Sequence record: MN445183.1
Direction: 5' to 3' (one strand)
DNA: 64,000 bases
The notes beneath the pieces are model-generated. The model searched no databases. It was not told the DNA's origin and saw only the letters and a list, made by a program, of their open reading frames with translations. Position 1 is the first letter of the stretch; every line of letters starts with the position of its first letter. The position numbers and the translations under genes are program-made. Shown piece by piece: positions 1 to 9,583 of the stretch.

Positions 1-19
1 TATAGGTGAAGGTATACAC

Positions 20-1024
20 ATGAACAACGACCACCAAGTCCATATCGTAGATAGTAAGGACAGGTTCTTTGAGTTCGGATCGGATATTAAAACGTCCATC
101 TCGATACTCAGTGAGCTGCACGTCCCATTGGTGGTAAGACAACGCAATGGGGTGAGTTCTGCGATACGCCCCAAATACGGGGCTGGATATCAACCAAGCA
201 ATGTAAGAATACAGTTAGAGATCCTGGCCAAGCCAGAAGTATTTATGTACATTGATAGCCAATCTATGGAGACTCTACCAGAAGAATATCAAATCTTGTA
301 CCAAGCTATCCAAACAATGAAGGATAGAGGGATGCAATTAGGGAACATGCATTATGCACGTATATGCCTGACCTACAGCCATGAATTCTTCCAAAGACAT
401 GGCGGGCAAGTTTATTTGCCGATTGCGGATTTGTTGTTGTCCATACTCCCAATAGAGACAACCGATCTACATCCTTTTAGTGTACGTGCGATGCAGCGTC
501 AACAATCTGGTCGTCTAACCGACGACTATCAAGGACTCGCGCTTTATGCCGTCCGGTTGGTTGACCGTTACGATCAGTTAGGCCCCCGATTCATGAATAT
601 CGCTGGAGACGTATTCCGAGTCGAACCCACGTCGTTAGATGAGCTCACTGAGCAACAAACTGATGGCTTGTATATTTTGGGTACGCAGCCCATGAGTGGC
701 CCGAAGGATACCACGAACAATGCACGAACGACCTATATACCGATGGAAAAACTATTAAAGGATCCAACCCAATACGGATTATGGTCGAGCTTTGGTGAAG
801 CGCGTCATCAAGGTAATAAACAACTCGAATCCACGCAGAATGCACTAGAGGTCGCGTTGCGTGACAAAGATAAGAAAGATCGTATCATCGACGGTTTGAA
901 GAAAGATCTGGAAGAGGCCAAACAAAAGCAGAAACAAGAGGGGAGTCTTGTGATGCACAAAGGAATGACCGAACTTATTAAACTGGCCACAGCGATGATT
1001 GGCATCGTAAAATTATTAAAGTAA
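20..1024 (+). CDS. Hypothetical protein with C-terminal coiled coil and hydrophobic tail
   Basis: 334-aa ORF with RBS-like GAAGG upstream; C-terminal heptads (LEVALRDKDKKDRIIDGLKKDLEEAKQK); directly upstream of the RNAP subunit gene. Confidence 0.75.
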   Translation: MNNDHQVHIVDSKDRFFEFGSDIKTSISILSELHVPLVVRQRNGVSSAIRPKYGAGYQPSNVRIQLEILAKPEVFMYIDSQSMETLPEEYQILYQAIQTMKDRGMQLGNMHYARICLTYSHEFFQRHGGQVYLPIADLLLSILPIETTDLHPFSVRAMQRQQSGRLTDDYQGLALYAVRLVDRYDQLGPRFMNIAGDVFRVEPTSLDELTEQQTDGLYILGTQPMSGPKDTTNNARTTYIPMEKLLKDPTQYGLWSSFGEARHQGNKQLESTQNALEVALRDKDKKDRIIDGLKKDLEEAKQKQKQEGSLVMHKGMTELIKLATAMIGIVKLLK

Positions 1025-1036
1025 GGTAACATCATC

Positions 1037-2722
1037 ATGGATCCATTATTCGAAAACATAATGAAAGGGCAAATCGTTCAGATGAACCCTGATTTTTACG
1101 AAGGACTGGTTAAGCGTGAAATGGACAAAGGATTGTACTTTCTCGACCGTGTCTTCCGTAGTGCTTTTGGTAGTTTGGGATCTAACATCGAATTTCTGGG
1201 GTATCGTTGCTGCCGTCCGGATGAAGAGTATCGTTTTAAGCTGAAACGTAACGGTGGGAATTCACCGTCAAAGGTACGTTACGAATTGGCCCGCTCTGAC
1301 CTCCGTTTGGTGAAGTTCGATTTCGCAATTGATGGCAAACCTACGCACCCGTTACTGCTGTACGTACCGTACTGCGACGACACGGGGTTAATGCATTTGC
1401 GTGGCACTGCCCACACGATCTCAGCAGTCGTTGAAGATCCAGGTGTCTCCATTACGCAGGATGGTTGTTTCTTCCGCGTGACGTGTGACAAGATTGTAAT
1501 CCGGCGTACCGTGCACACGATCTGTAAAGATGAAGTCAACATCGTACAGAAGCGTAAGCGGGTACAGAAACACATTAACATCCCGTACGGTAAGATCTAT
1601 CGTGCGAAACAACAGAAAGCGAACACGAACAAGAATCCACCAATGCCTTCGCTACCGCATTATTTGTTTGCGAAGTTTGGGGTGACTGAAGCGTTCCGTC
1701 GCTTTGCGCGTGTTGAAGTGGTATACGGTACGGAATCTGAAATTACGGCGGAAGCCTATCCGGATTCTGAATGGACCCGTTATTATACAACGCGTACACC
1801 ACATCCTAACAACAAGCGACCTGCTGAGTGGGCGCCTACTACAGCTGCGATCGCGGTACGTGCAATTAACCCAAGCAACCTGGTAGAGATCATGGTCGCG
1901 GGTTATTTCTACGTTGCTGACTGCTATCCCCATGAGTTTGTCCCCGGCTTCTCTGACGAACCAGAGCACTGGCGACTGATGATGGGTAAAATGGTGTTTA
2001 ACAAACAAGTTAAGCACGTACAGATGTCTGACTATCTGCGTCCACACTTTGAGTCCTTGGATACGTATCTGGATGCGATGGCAAAAGAGAATCTGGCAGA
2101 AGAAGGGATTGTGTGTGAAGATATCTACGAAGTGATGGTGTACATCATTGCTAACCTGGATACCATGATCAACACGGTGAACTTGGCAAGTGTCTACGGC
2201 AAAAAGTTGGCTGTTCTGCCGTACGTGCTGTCGCCAATCGTGCATGGGATCTTCTACACTAAATTCAATCTAATGCAGCAGTGTAAGCAGTGGGATGTGA
2301 ACCAGGAAACCGGTGAGCGAACCATGCGTTTTACAGAAGCCAATCTGTTTGATGCATTTAACCGTAACTTGAAACCTGAAGTCATTTACAAAGTAAAAGG
2401 ATCTGACCATGGTGAAATCAGTTCGATAGCAGCACCCGGTGACAATAAACTGTTCAAGATCAACAACAAGCTGGTCCTGCAACAGAACGCGTCAGGCGGT
2501 AAAGGACGATCCAGCACGTCTCCGATGTCGGATGACTCGAAATCGTTAGATGTCAGTATCGCAGATTGTAATGCGTATCTGCACATCACCAAACCAGACC
2601 CCTCTGGGCGATCGATTGCGAACCTGTATAAGACCACGGTGAATAACCGTTATGAGCCGTCAGTCAAACATGAGCGACTGTTCACGGCCACGCAGGTCAT
2701 GATCCAACGTCGTAATATCTGA
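1037..2722 (+). CDS. Phage multisubunit RNA polymerase beta-type subunit, N-terminal part (phiKZ gp123-like, non-virion RNAP)
   Basis: 561 aa; LLYVPY..D.G.MHLRGTAHTISAVVEDPG resembles the beta N-terminal motif; size and context match the split RNAP of phiKZ-like phages (recognised from memory). Confidence 0.75.
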   Translation: MDPLFENIMKGQIVQMNPDFYEGLVKREMDKGLYFLDRVFRSAFGSLGSNIEFLGYRCCRPDEEYRFKLKRNGGNSPSKVRYELARSDLRLVKFDFAIDGKPTHPLLLYVPYCDDTGLMHLRGTAHTISAVVEDPGVSITQDGCFFRVTCDKIVIRRTVHTICKDEVNIVQKRKRVQKHINIPYGKIYRAKQQKANTNKNPPMPSLPHYLFAKFGVTEAFRRFARVEVVYGTESEITAEAYPDSEWTRYYTTRTPHPNNKRPAEWAPTTAAIAVRAINPSNLVEIMVAGYFYVADCYPHEFVPGFSDEPEHWRLMMGKMVFNKQVKHVQMSDYLRPHFESLDTYLDAMAKENLAEEGIVCEDIYEVMVYIIANLDTMINTVNLASVYGKKLAVLPYVLSPIVHGIFYTKFNLMQQCKQWDVNQETGERTMRFTEANLFDAFNRNLKPEVIYKVKGSDHGEISSIAAPGDNKLFKINNKLVLQQNASGGKGRSSTSPMSDDSKSLDVSIADCNAYLHITKPDPSGRSIANLYKTTVNNRYEPSVKHERLFTATQVMIQRRNI

Positions 2723-2790
2723 CACGTTTCTTAAACTTGTATGAGTAACGCTTGTTATCGCTTCCACATCTACATTTACGGACAACAATT

Positions 2791-5415
2791 ATGCAACCTA
2801 TTTACTCGCAGCCGCAATACGTAATGCAGCCGCAGCAGCAGATGCCGATGAACATGTACCAGCCTCAGGGCGCGCCGCAGTATTATCAGCAACAACCGAT
2901 GATGCAGCAGCCGATGATGCAACAACCCCAGGTACAAGAACAGGATGTCGCACAAGCGTTAATGAGCTTTACGGCACAAGCGGCTAACCAAACCCAGGTT
3001 GGTGCATTCCTTTATCAACGTGGTTCGCAAAGTGGTTGGCGCGATGGTGATTTCATGGGGGCTGTTGCCGTAGGTGCAGCCTTTGCAATGTTGGCACTAC
3101 GCACCGCACCTGGATTGCATCCGCAACAAGCGTTGCAGCAGGCGATTCCAGATGCCTATGAAATCATGTTCATTGCTGCGTTATCAGCTAACCCCAACCT
3201 GGTACAAACCGTACCACAGGGTACGCTGCAAAGCATTCTGCAAAATATCCCGCGTTTACAGCAACAGTTGAACACGGCGATGTCTATGCAGGGTAAACCG
3301 TCTATGACGTTGCAGATCCCTGGTTATCAGGTTCTTCAGCAAGCGCCAAACGTGGTGCCGATGCAACAGCAGTTCAATATGCAGCAGAACATGATGCCGC
3401 AGGCTTACCAACAACCGTCGTTGCAGCAGCAGTATGGCTTACCGATGCAGGGTACTCAACCGATGCAGGTTCAGGGTGCACAGCCGGGTTCTTCACAGAA
3501 CTTGGGTTACAGCAACGCCCGTGCCGTTATCCCACCCGCAGCTGGTGAAAACCATCTGGGGATGAAACCCATTGACATCGGTACGTTGAACGTCGGCGCT
3601 AACCGCGTACAACAACAAGCGGATGAAGATGTGGGGATTCGTGCACGTCAGGTAAGCTTTGGCAGCGGCAGCAACATCGAACCACTGATTAAATCTCAAC
3701 CGGCACAACAACCTCAGCAGTCCGTTGAACAAATGGCACCGATGCCTTATCAGGAAATGCCCCCGGTCACTCCGCCAGCGGGATGGAATAACGGCGTGTT
3801 GGAATCTCATTCTACCCCTACGTTAGCACAGGCTATCCAGTCTCAGCTCGCGCAACCAAGCTTTGATGCTACGCAATATCCGTCAGACATCAATTTTGAC
3901 AGTATTGCCGCACTGAGTACGGAAGATGAAGCTGCGTTGTTCAATCCACCGGCTGACCAAGCTGACCAGCCAATGCCTAGTATGCAGCAGTTGTTTGGTC
4001 ACACCTTCGGTGCGAATAAAGCTGAGCAAACCGACCCGTTTGCATTCATGGCGGTGAATCAGACCAATCCAACCTACACCCACACCCAGCCTCAGCAGGA
4101 TGAGGTGGTTGATCTGACCGCTGGTCGCGTAAATAACAACGTACCGCAATCAGCAGCGTTGAGTGAAGACGGCCTGCCTGATGGTTGGTTGTTTACCGAA
4201 CAATATTACGACGCGCCTTCTGCTGACTTCTATAATGTCATGCGTAAGGCTAAACGTCACACTACTTGTCCGTGGCCGATTGGGTACGATCGTCGCTTCT
4301 GCACGCGTCTGTATCGTTACATGGAAGATGGCTCAATCGAACAGAAAATTGTTGGAGTCCCTATGGATCGTCTTAAACATGACATCTCTCTGTTGGATAC
4401 ACCGGTTCCGACCGATGACATCTATAAAGCAGAGATGGCCGACTTTGGCCCGTTAAATGTAATGGGCGCAGCCGATGCAGTGAAGATCGTCAAAACTCCT
4501 GACGTAACGCCAGAAGTGATTAACGAGAAGCTCGGCGATAAGAGCATCTATCTCGTTGATAAGCCGATCATTGCGCTGTCTCGTCAAGAAGCCGTATTGA
4601 TGGCTGGTATGAAAGTGAAGCCGTTGATGGACAACCTGGAGAAAGGCACCCACGGCTTTGAAACGCAGATTCGTGAAATGCGCCTGATTACATCTCATCC
4701 GGATCTGAAGAGCTTCCTGGAAAACGATGTGATTAAGAACATCACCATTGATTCTGAAGCAGCAGACATTATGGAACTGTCAGAAGCAATTCGCACAATC
4801 CGTAATGATCGTCTGTTACCGGATCGTTGCCTGCGTAAAGTAACAGAGTACATGCGTGAAACTATCAACACCATGCTGTACGCTGATTACGGTTACGCCG
4901 GTGAATTGGAACTGACCGATGATCAACCGTTCGAAGATGAGCTGGTTGAATTCGTGATGTACATGAACAAGTCTGACGATGACCTGGATGTACTGAACCG
5001 TATCCACAAGAACTGGAATAACGTACGTGCTCGCCTGTGTACTGTGCTGACCGGTAAAGCGTTGGAATCTGCTCAGCAGCAGTTAGCCCGTCGTTACGCG
5101 CTGTCTGATGAAGACCGTGAAATCATGCTGGATCAGATGTCACACGCAGTTCTGCTGCAAGTGGCGTACAGCATCACCACCATGGCGCGTACCACTAAGC
5201 AGCTGCGTGCCCATGATAACCAGCCTGCGTTCGTTACCATGCGTTCTGACCGTCCGTATCTGCATCAGCTGATGACGGAAATTAAGAAACGTGGTAAGGA
5301 TGCCGGTGCGACGTTGAGTAAGCACATCATCATCACCAGCGATGGTGTCGAACTTGGCTTCTCACAAGCTGGCTTGGGTAACGGTGACACCTTCCCAACT
5401 TACTACATCAAGTAA
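2791..5415 (+). CDS. Large protein with Q/P/M-rich low-complexity N-terminal half and folded C-terminal domain
   Basis: ORF track 2752..5415; ATG at 2791 preferred; strong Gln/Pro/Met bias over the first ~450 aa. Confidence 0.8.
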   Translation: MQPIYSQPQYVMQPQQQMPMNMYQPQGAPQYYQQQPMMQQPMMQQPQVQEQDVAQALMSFTAQAANQTQVGAFLYQRGSQSGWRDGDFMGAVAVGAAFAMLALRTAPGLHPQQALQQAIPDAYEIMFIAALSANPNLVQTVPQGTLQSILQNIPRLQQQLNTAMSMQGKPSMTLQIPGYQVLQQAPNVVPMQQQFNMQQNMMPQAYQQPSLQQQYGLPMQGTQPMQVQGAQPGSSQNLGYSNARAVIPPAAGENHLGMKPIDIGTLNVGANRVQQQADEDVGIRARQVSFGSGSNIEPLIKSQPAQQPQQSVEQMAPMPYQEMPPVTPPAGWNNGVLESHSTPTLAQAIQSQLAQPSFDATQYPSDINFDSIAALSTEDEAALFNPPADQADQPMPSMQQLFGHTFGANKAEQTDPFAFMAVNQTNPTYTHTQPQQDEVVDLTAGRVNNNVPQSAALSEDGLPDGWLFTEQYYDAPSADFYNVMRKAKRHTTCPWPIGYDRRFCTRLYRYMEDGSIEQKIVGVPMDRLKHDISLLDTPVPTDDIYKAEMADFGPLNVMGAADAVKIVKTPDVTPEVINEKLGDKSIYLVDKPIIALSRQEAVLMAGMKVKPLMDNLEKGTHGFETQIREMRLITSHPDLKSFLENDVIKNITIDSEAADIMELSEAIRTIRNDRLLPDRCLRKVTEYMRETINTMLYADYGYAGELELTDDQPFEDELVEFVMYMNKSDDDLDVLNRIHKNWNNVRARLCTVLTGKALESAQQQLARRYALSDEDREIMLDQMSHAVLLQVAYSITTMARTTKQLRAHDNQPAFVTMRSDRPYLHQLMTEIKKRGKDAGATLSKHIIITSDGVELGFSQAGLGNGDTFPTYYIK

Positions 5416-5422
5416 GGTATTT

Positions 5423-5450
5423 GCGGGGGCTTAGGCTCCCGCTTATGCCG
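5423..5450 (+). terminator. Hairpin followed by TTATGCCG
   Basis: GCGGGGGC-TTAG-GCTCCCGC then TTATGCCG, just after the stop at 5415. Confidence 0.6.
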
Positions 5451-5469
5451 CTTAACAAACGAGACTCGT

Positions 5470-5655
5470 ATGACAACTGAAAAACTCATTACCGCAGAAG
5501 AAGCCGAAGCCGCTGAACAGCTCATTGCTAACAGTACTGCGTGGGTGGATCTGGACCATGACCATGAAATATGTCTGGACGGCTGGTTCACCATCACTGA
5601 CCTTGAGCACATTATCTTATTGAAACGCTATAAAAACCAGCAACAAGGATCGTAA
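5470..5655 (+). CDS. Small hypothetical protein
   Basis: 61-aa ORF fills the gap; GAG RBS-like upstream. Confidence 0.65.
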   Translation: MTTEKLITAEEAEAAEQLIANSTAWVDLDHDHEICLDGWFTITDLEHIILLKRYKNQQQGS

Positions 5656-5658
5656 ACA

Positions 5659-5982
5659 ATGAGAGATGCCAACTTCGCCGCGAACTCGCAGGTCATGCGT
5701 GAACTGTTATACGAAGTCACCACCGACGAAAACCTCACGGCACAACAACACCGTGACCATAACTATGTCATTAACGAACTGAACAAGCGCTTAAACGAGC
5801 GCTACGGTATCGTGGTGACCACGTTCAACTTAATCCCGCGTGATACTACTCATATCACCGTAGAGGCCTTAGGAGTGGGTTGTGTGCACGCACGTATAAT
5901 CGTCAGTCATTTCGCTAATACACTGTGGGTGGCTAAACGTAAACATTTTTCACTGTGGCAGATTGGATACCAGCCGGCATAA
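5659..5982 (+). CDS. Hypothetical protein
   Basis: 107-aa ORF 3 nt after the previous stop; ends at the convergent hairpin. Confidence 0.7.
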   Translation: MRDANFAANSQVMRELLYEVTTDENLTAQQHRDHNYVINELNKRLNERYGIVVTTFNLIPRDTTHITVEALGVGCVHARIIVSHFANTLWVAKRKHFSLWQIGYQPA

Positions 5983-6046
5983 AGACGTGTACCTTCCTCC
6001 CCGCTATGGGGAGGAAGGACACTGTCTCACTTATGCTTTTTTTTTT
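5975..6046. terminator. Bidirectional terminator between convergent genes
   Basis: CCTTCCTCCCC-GCTAT-GGGGAGGAAGG stem; T-run on the plus side; TTATGCCG on the minus strand (CGGCATAA 5975-5982). Confidence 0.7.
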
Positions 6047-6048
6047 GC

Positions 6049-9000
6049 TTACACGTTACCGAAATCTAAGCCGTCGTCAGAAGCTTTGTCGGCTTCTTTC
6101 TTCTTCTTAGCTTCCTTTTTCTGTGTGCGCTTCGATTTGCGGCTACGGCCTTTAGGTTTGCTATCACCGGTCTCTTCGAAATCGAGATCGTCAGCACCCC
6201 CATTACCTTCACCTTCCTCGAATTCCATGGTACCGTCGTCGGACTGGTCTTCTTCGAAGTCAAGATCACCATCATCTTGTTTGTTCTCTTCGAAGTCCAT
6301 GTCGGAGTTTTCGTCTTGACGTTCCTCTTCAAACGCATTTTCGTCAACTACAGTAGTTGCTTCAACGCCTTCTTCGAGTGCTGACGCGTCCGCCACGTCT
6401 TCGACATCGGTATTCTCCTTACCGGTATTACCTTCTTCAGCGCCTTCGATAGCATCGGAATCATCCTCATTTACAATTGGATTACCGTTTTCATCGACCT
6501 CATTTTCTTCACCCGGAACAGGTTCAATCGGGTTACCTTCATCATCCAGTTCTGGTTCAACCGGTTCGACAGGCTCACCGTTCTCATCCACCTCCGGTGC
6601 CGGGTTATCCTCGCTGGCTTCAGCCGCCAGAGGATCTACCTCAGCTGCTGCGGACATTGGTTCAACACCATCCTCACCCATCAATTCTGCTTCGACCGGA
6701 TCGGCTCCTGCCTCTGTCGTCCCCTCCGGTGTGCCATCTCCGAAATCGGATGCATCGCCACCCTCTCCGGTAATAGCATCTGCGCCGTCAGCAGCGTCAA
6801 TTGGGTTACCGAAATCATCAGTAAGGCCAGTATCGCCGTCACCCCCACCACCGCTACCATCGATCGGATTACCAAACTCGTCAACGCTTCCGTCACCGGT
6901 ATCACCAAACCCATTTTCAGCAGGATTGTTATCGAGATCCCCGTTCTCTTCTAACTTCTCAAAGGACTTGCGTACTTTGTCCTTCATCTTGTTAGAGAGT
7001 TTCAGGTATTCCATAATAGCACCCATGGTCTTCTCATTGTAAGCCACCATAGACGCCAGCAGAGTAATCGATGCGTTAGACTCATCGTCCACTTTGCACA
7101 GATCAGTAATGTCCGCATAACTACCACTGCCCGCCATCCATTCACGCATTTTATGCGCAACCAGGTTCTGACGCCATACTTCAAATTTCGAAGTGTCTGC
7201 ACCTTCACCCAGGATGTACGACAGCACGTCATCGGTAAAGAGATCCTTGAAGGAGTTCTCGTAACGCTGACGCATGGTATCGTACGCGCGGTTCTGTTCG
7301 TCGATGTCGCCTTCCATCGGTTCTGGCAACGTCAGCTCGATCGAGTTAATAAAGTTCACCAGAATAAAGTTGGCCAATGACTGATCATTGTTATCAATTT
7401 CTGGATGATCTTCTTTCAACTCTTTTAACTGCTCTTTACCTTTCTTCGATGTCGGTATCCACAGCTTCTTGTTGTCGTTGATAACGGCATACAAGTCGTT
7501 CATCAGATTACCTGATTTGGCAACGATCTTCTGCACTAGCTCCGATAAGGTTGCACACAACATGTTACGCTGCATCCCGGTAGACTTACGGAACAAGGCG
7601 TTGTTGTTAATGTGTTCAATCGCAAACTGCGTGTTGTTCTGGGATGACAACAGTGCAGGGTCAACACCCCACATGTTCCACAGCATTTCCAACAGGCGGT
7701 CGTTCCATTCAGCGTCCGGCGGTGTAACGTTACGTTTATCGTAGCTGACATCCACATCGATGTCCGGGTATCCAGGGTGACCACTGGTCTTCACAATCAC
7801 ACCAGCTTCATCCATGATGTTGATTACATCACGAGGGTTACGCGCACCGATCAATGAAGACATGGTGCGGTTGCTGTTGAGATGTGTCGTGACGATGGTT
7901 TCCACCGTGGCGTCTGGCTCAGGGTTATCCGGATCCAGGTTAATGCCCAACGTGGTCACGTTAGCGGATGCAGAGATGTTAGCCAGTGTGGTAGAAATCA
8001 CGTTAGCCATTGCCATGGAAGCATACAGACGAGAACGCTCCAGCAGTGAACGACCAATACCAAAGCGGTTGTAATCAAAGGCAAAGTACACCAATGATTC
8101 TTCCGGTAAGAACAGGACTTTGGTTTTCAGGTTACGTAACGTACGCGCAAACATCATCTGTTTGATTTCGTCAGTCATCCCCAGCGCAACTTTCTGAGCA
8201 AAGGTGCCGTTGACAATACGTTGAACCAGATCGCGTTCAATCTCTTCGTTGATCTTACGACGGAATTCCACCATAGAGAACTGATCGGATGAACCGTTCT
8301 TGTACTCTTGGGCCATTTCAATGATACCTTTGGTGCCGTCAATGGCGTTCGCCGTATCCATCTTGTTCTGCTGGATATCCTGGTACTGGTTCTCGTCCTC
8401 TGCGGTAGATAGCGGGTTACCGTCACCGTCCAGTAAAACGTAAGCACCAATACGGGCACGTGGGTTGCCTGGCAGGTGAACCGGCACAACCGATTCAAAC
8501 GGCAGATCGGTCCACAGGACTGCATCCACGTTTTCCATGGTGAGTTCGTCATCACGACGGATTTCAACCAGGTCAGTTTGCTGATAGTCGCGCGTTTTGA
8601 ACAACTGGTTATAAATGCCAACATACTGTTCTTCATTCAGCTTCTTGGCAATAGAGACATCATTACGGCTCCCGTCTTTCTGTTTCGGTTTGCCTTTGTC
8701 ATCTAATGCTTCGATACCGTAACTGCGGGTAGGACCACCGCCACGTAAACCGCGTGGCACGCGTACCTTACGGGACATGGCATTACGGGCCAGCATAAGT
8801 TTCAACTGCGGTAAACGCAGTATCGAGTCGTTATCGGTAACGGTAATGTTGTAACGGCTATCGGCAACCACCGGGTCGGTCATTGGTGGGACTTCACCGC
8901 TGATCAACGATTCCAGTGACGCACGACGCGTACCCTTGGCGATGGTCGCATCGTTATCGCCTAACCAACCACGGTTAATGAACTCACCGTCCTTGTACTC

Positions 9001-9552
9001 TTCTTCCAATGCCTCCATAGAAGCACGGACATGACCGTTAATAACGTTGTCCAGGGCTGAGCTGGATAACAGCGCAATCGCACGCCCACCTTTATAAAAA
9101 AGGATGTCTGCGACGATGTCTTGCAAACGGTCGGTAATTTTATAGTTGTTTTCTACGTAATCCTTAACCTTATCCAACAGCATCGTGTTAAGATCGTTAT
9201 TACGACCTTCGTACGTTTCCGAGGTATAGGACAGGTTGATCGTGGTTAAGTCACGTGGTGACAGGATCGCTGCTTGCAGGATACTGAGTGCTTTAAACGC
9301 ACCGGGTACCGACTCCATCAGTTCGCGGTTAGCGTCGATGGTCGTGCTGGTGATTTTAGAGATGCGTTCCAGCGTAGCCTTAGAGATCTGGTCTTTGTTA
9401 GCAGAGCTGTTAGAAGCGCCCGTCTTGTTTTTTGGTTTGTTTTCTTCGGGCGTTAACATCCCCAGGATCGATTTGGTTACCGGATCCTTATTCATCATAT
9501 TCAGCTTGGGCGTCTTTACACCAGCCACCCCAGTTAATTTTTGATCAGCCAT
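6049..9552 (-). CDS. Probable portal protein (phiKZ gp129-like) with ~300-aa acidic C-terminal extension
   Basis: 1167 aa; FGIGRSLLE resembles the portal G.S.L motif; divergent from the baseplate gene as in phiKZ-like genomes. Confidence 0.6.
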   Translation of the reverse strand: MADQKLTGVAGVKTPKLNMMNKDPVTKSILGMLTPEENKPKNKTGASNSSANKDQISKATLERISKITSTTIDANRELMESVPGAFKALSILQAAILSPRDLTTINLSYTSETYEGRNNDLNTMLLDKVKDYVENNYKITDRLQDIVADILFYKGGRAIALLSSSALDNVINGHVRASMEALEEEYKDGEFINRGWLGDNDATIAKGTRRASLESLISGEVPPMTDPVVADSRYNITVTDNDSILRLPQLKLMLARNAMSRKVRVPRGLRGGGPTRSYGIEALDDKGKPKQKDGSRNDVSIAKKLNEEQYVGIYNQLFKTRDYQQTDLVEIRRDDELTMENVDAVLWTDLPFESVVPVHLPGNPRARIGAYVLLDGDGNPLSTAEDENQYQDIQQNKMDTANAIDGTKGIIEMAQEYKNGSSDQFSMVEFRRKINEEIERDLVQRIVNGTFAQKVALGMTDEIKQMMFARTLRNLKTKVLFLPEESLVYFAFDYNRFGIGRSLLERSRLYASMAMANVISTTLANISASANVTTLGINLDPDNPEPDATVETIVTTHLNSNRTMSSLIGARNPRDVINIMDEAGVIVKTSGHPGYPDIDVDVSYDKRNVTPPDAEWNDRLLEMLWNMWGVDPALLSSQNNTQFAIEHINNNALFRKSTGMQRNMLCATLSELVQKIVAKSGNLMNDLYAVINDNKKLWIPTSKKGKEQLKELKEDHPEIDNNDQSLANFILVNFINSIELTLPEPMEGDIDEQNRAYDTMRQRYENSFKDLFTDDVLSYILGEGADTSKFEVWRQNLVAHKMREWMAGSGSYADITDLCKVDDESNASITLLASMVAYNEKTMGAIMEYLKLSNKMKDKVRKSFEKLEENGDLDNNPAENGFGDTGDGSVDEFGNPIDGSGGGGDGDTGLTDDFGNPIDAADGADAITGEGGDASDFGDGTPEGTTEAGADPVEAELMGEDGVEPMSAAAEVDPLAAEASEDNPAPEVDENGEPVEPVEPELDDEGNPIEPVPGEENEVDENGNPIVNEDDSDAIEGAEEGNTGKENTDVEDVADASALEEGVEATTVVDENAFEEERQDENSDMDFEENKQDDGDLDFEEDQSDDGTMEFEEGEGNGGADDLDFEETGDSKPKGRSRKSKRTQKKEAKKKKEADKASDDGLDFGNV

Positions 9553-9583
9553 TTATAAGGCTCCTTGTTTTCGGGAGATTCCC

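Noticed and set aside
544-551. In-CDS TTATGCCG copies (also 54552)
   Set aside because: No adjacent hairpin; the number is consistent with chance.
5963-6347. Ser/Phe-rich plus-strand and Lys/Thr-rich alternative-frame ORFs over the portal 3' end
   Set aside because: By-products of the low-complexity acidic tail on the minus strand.
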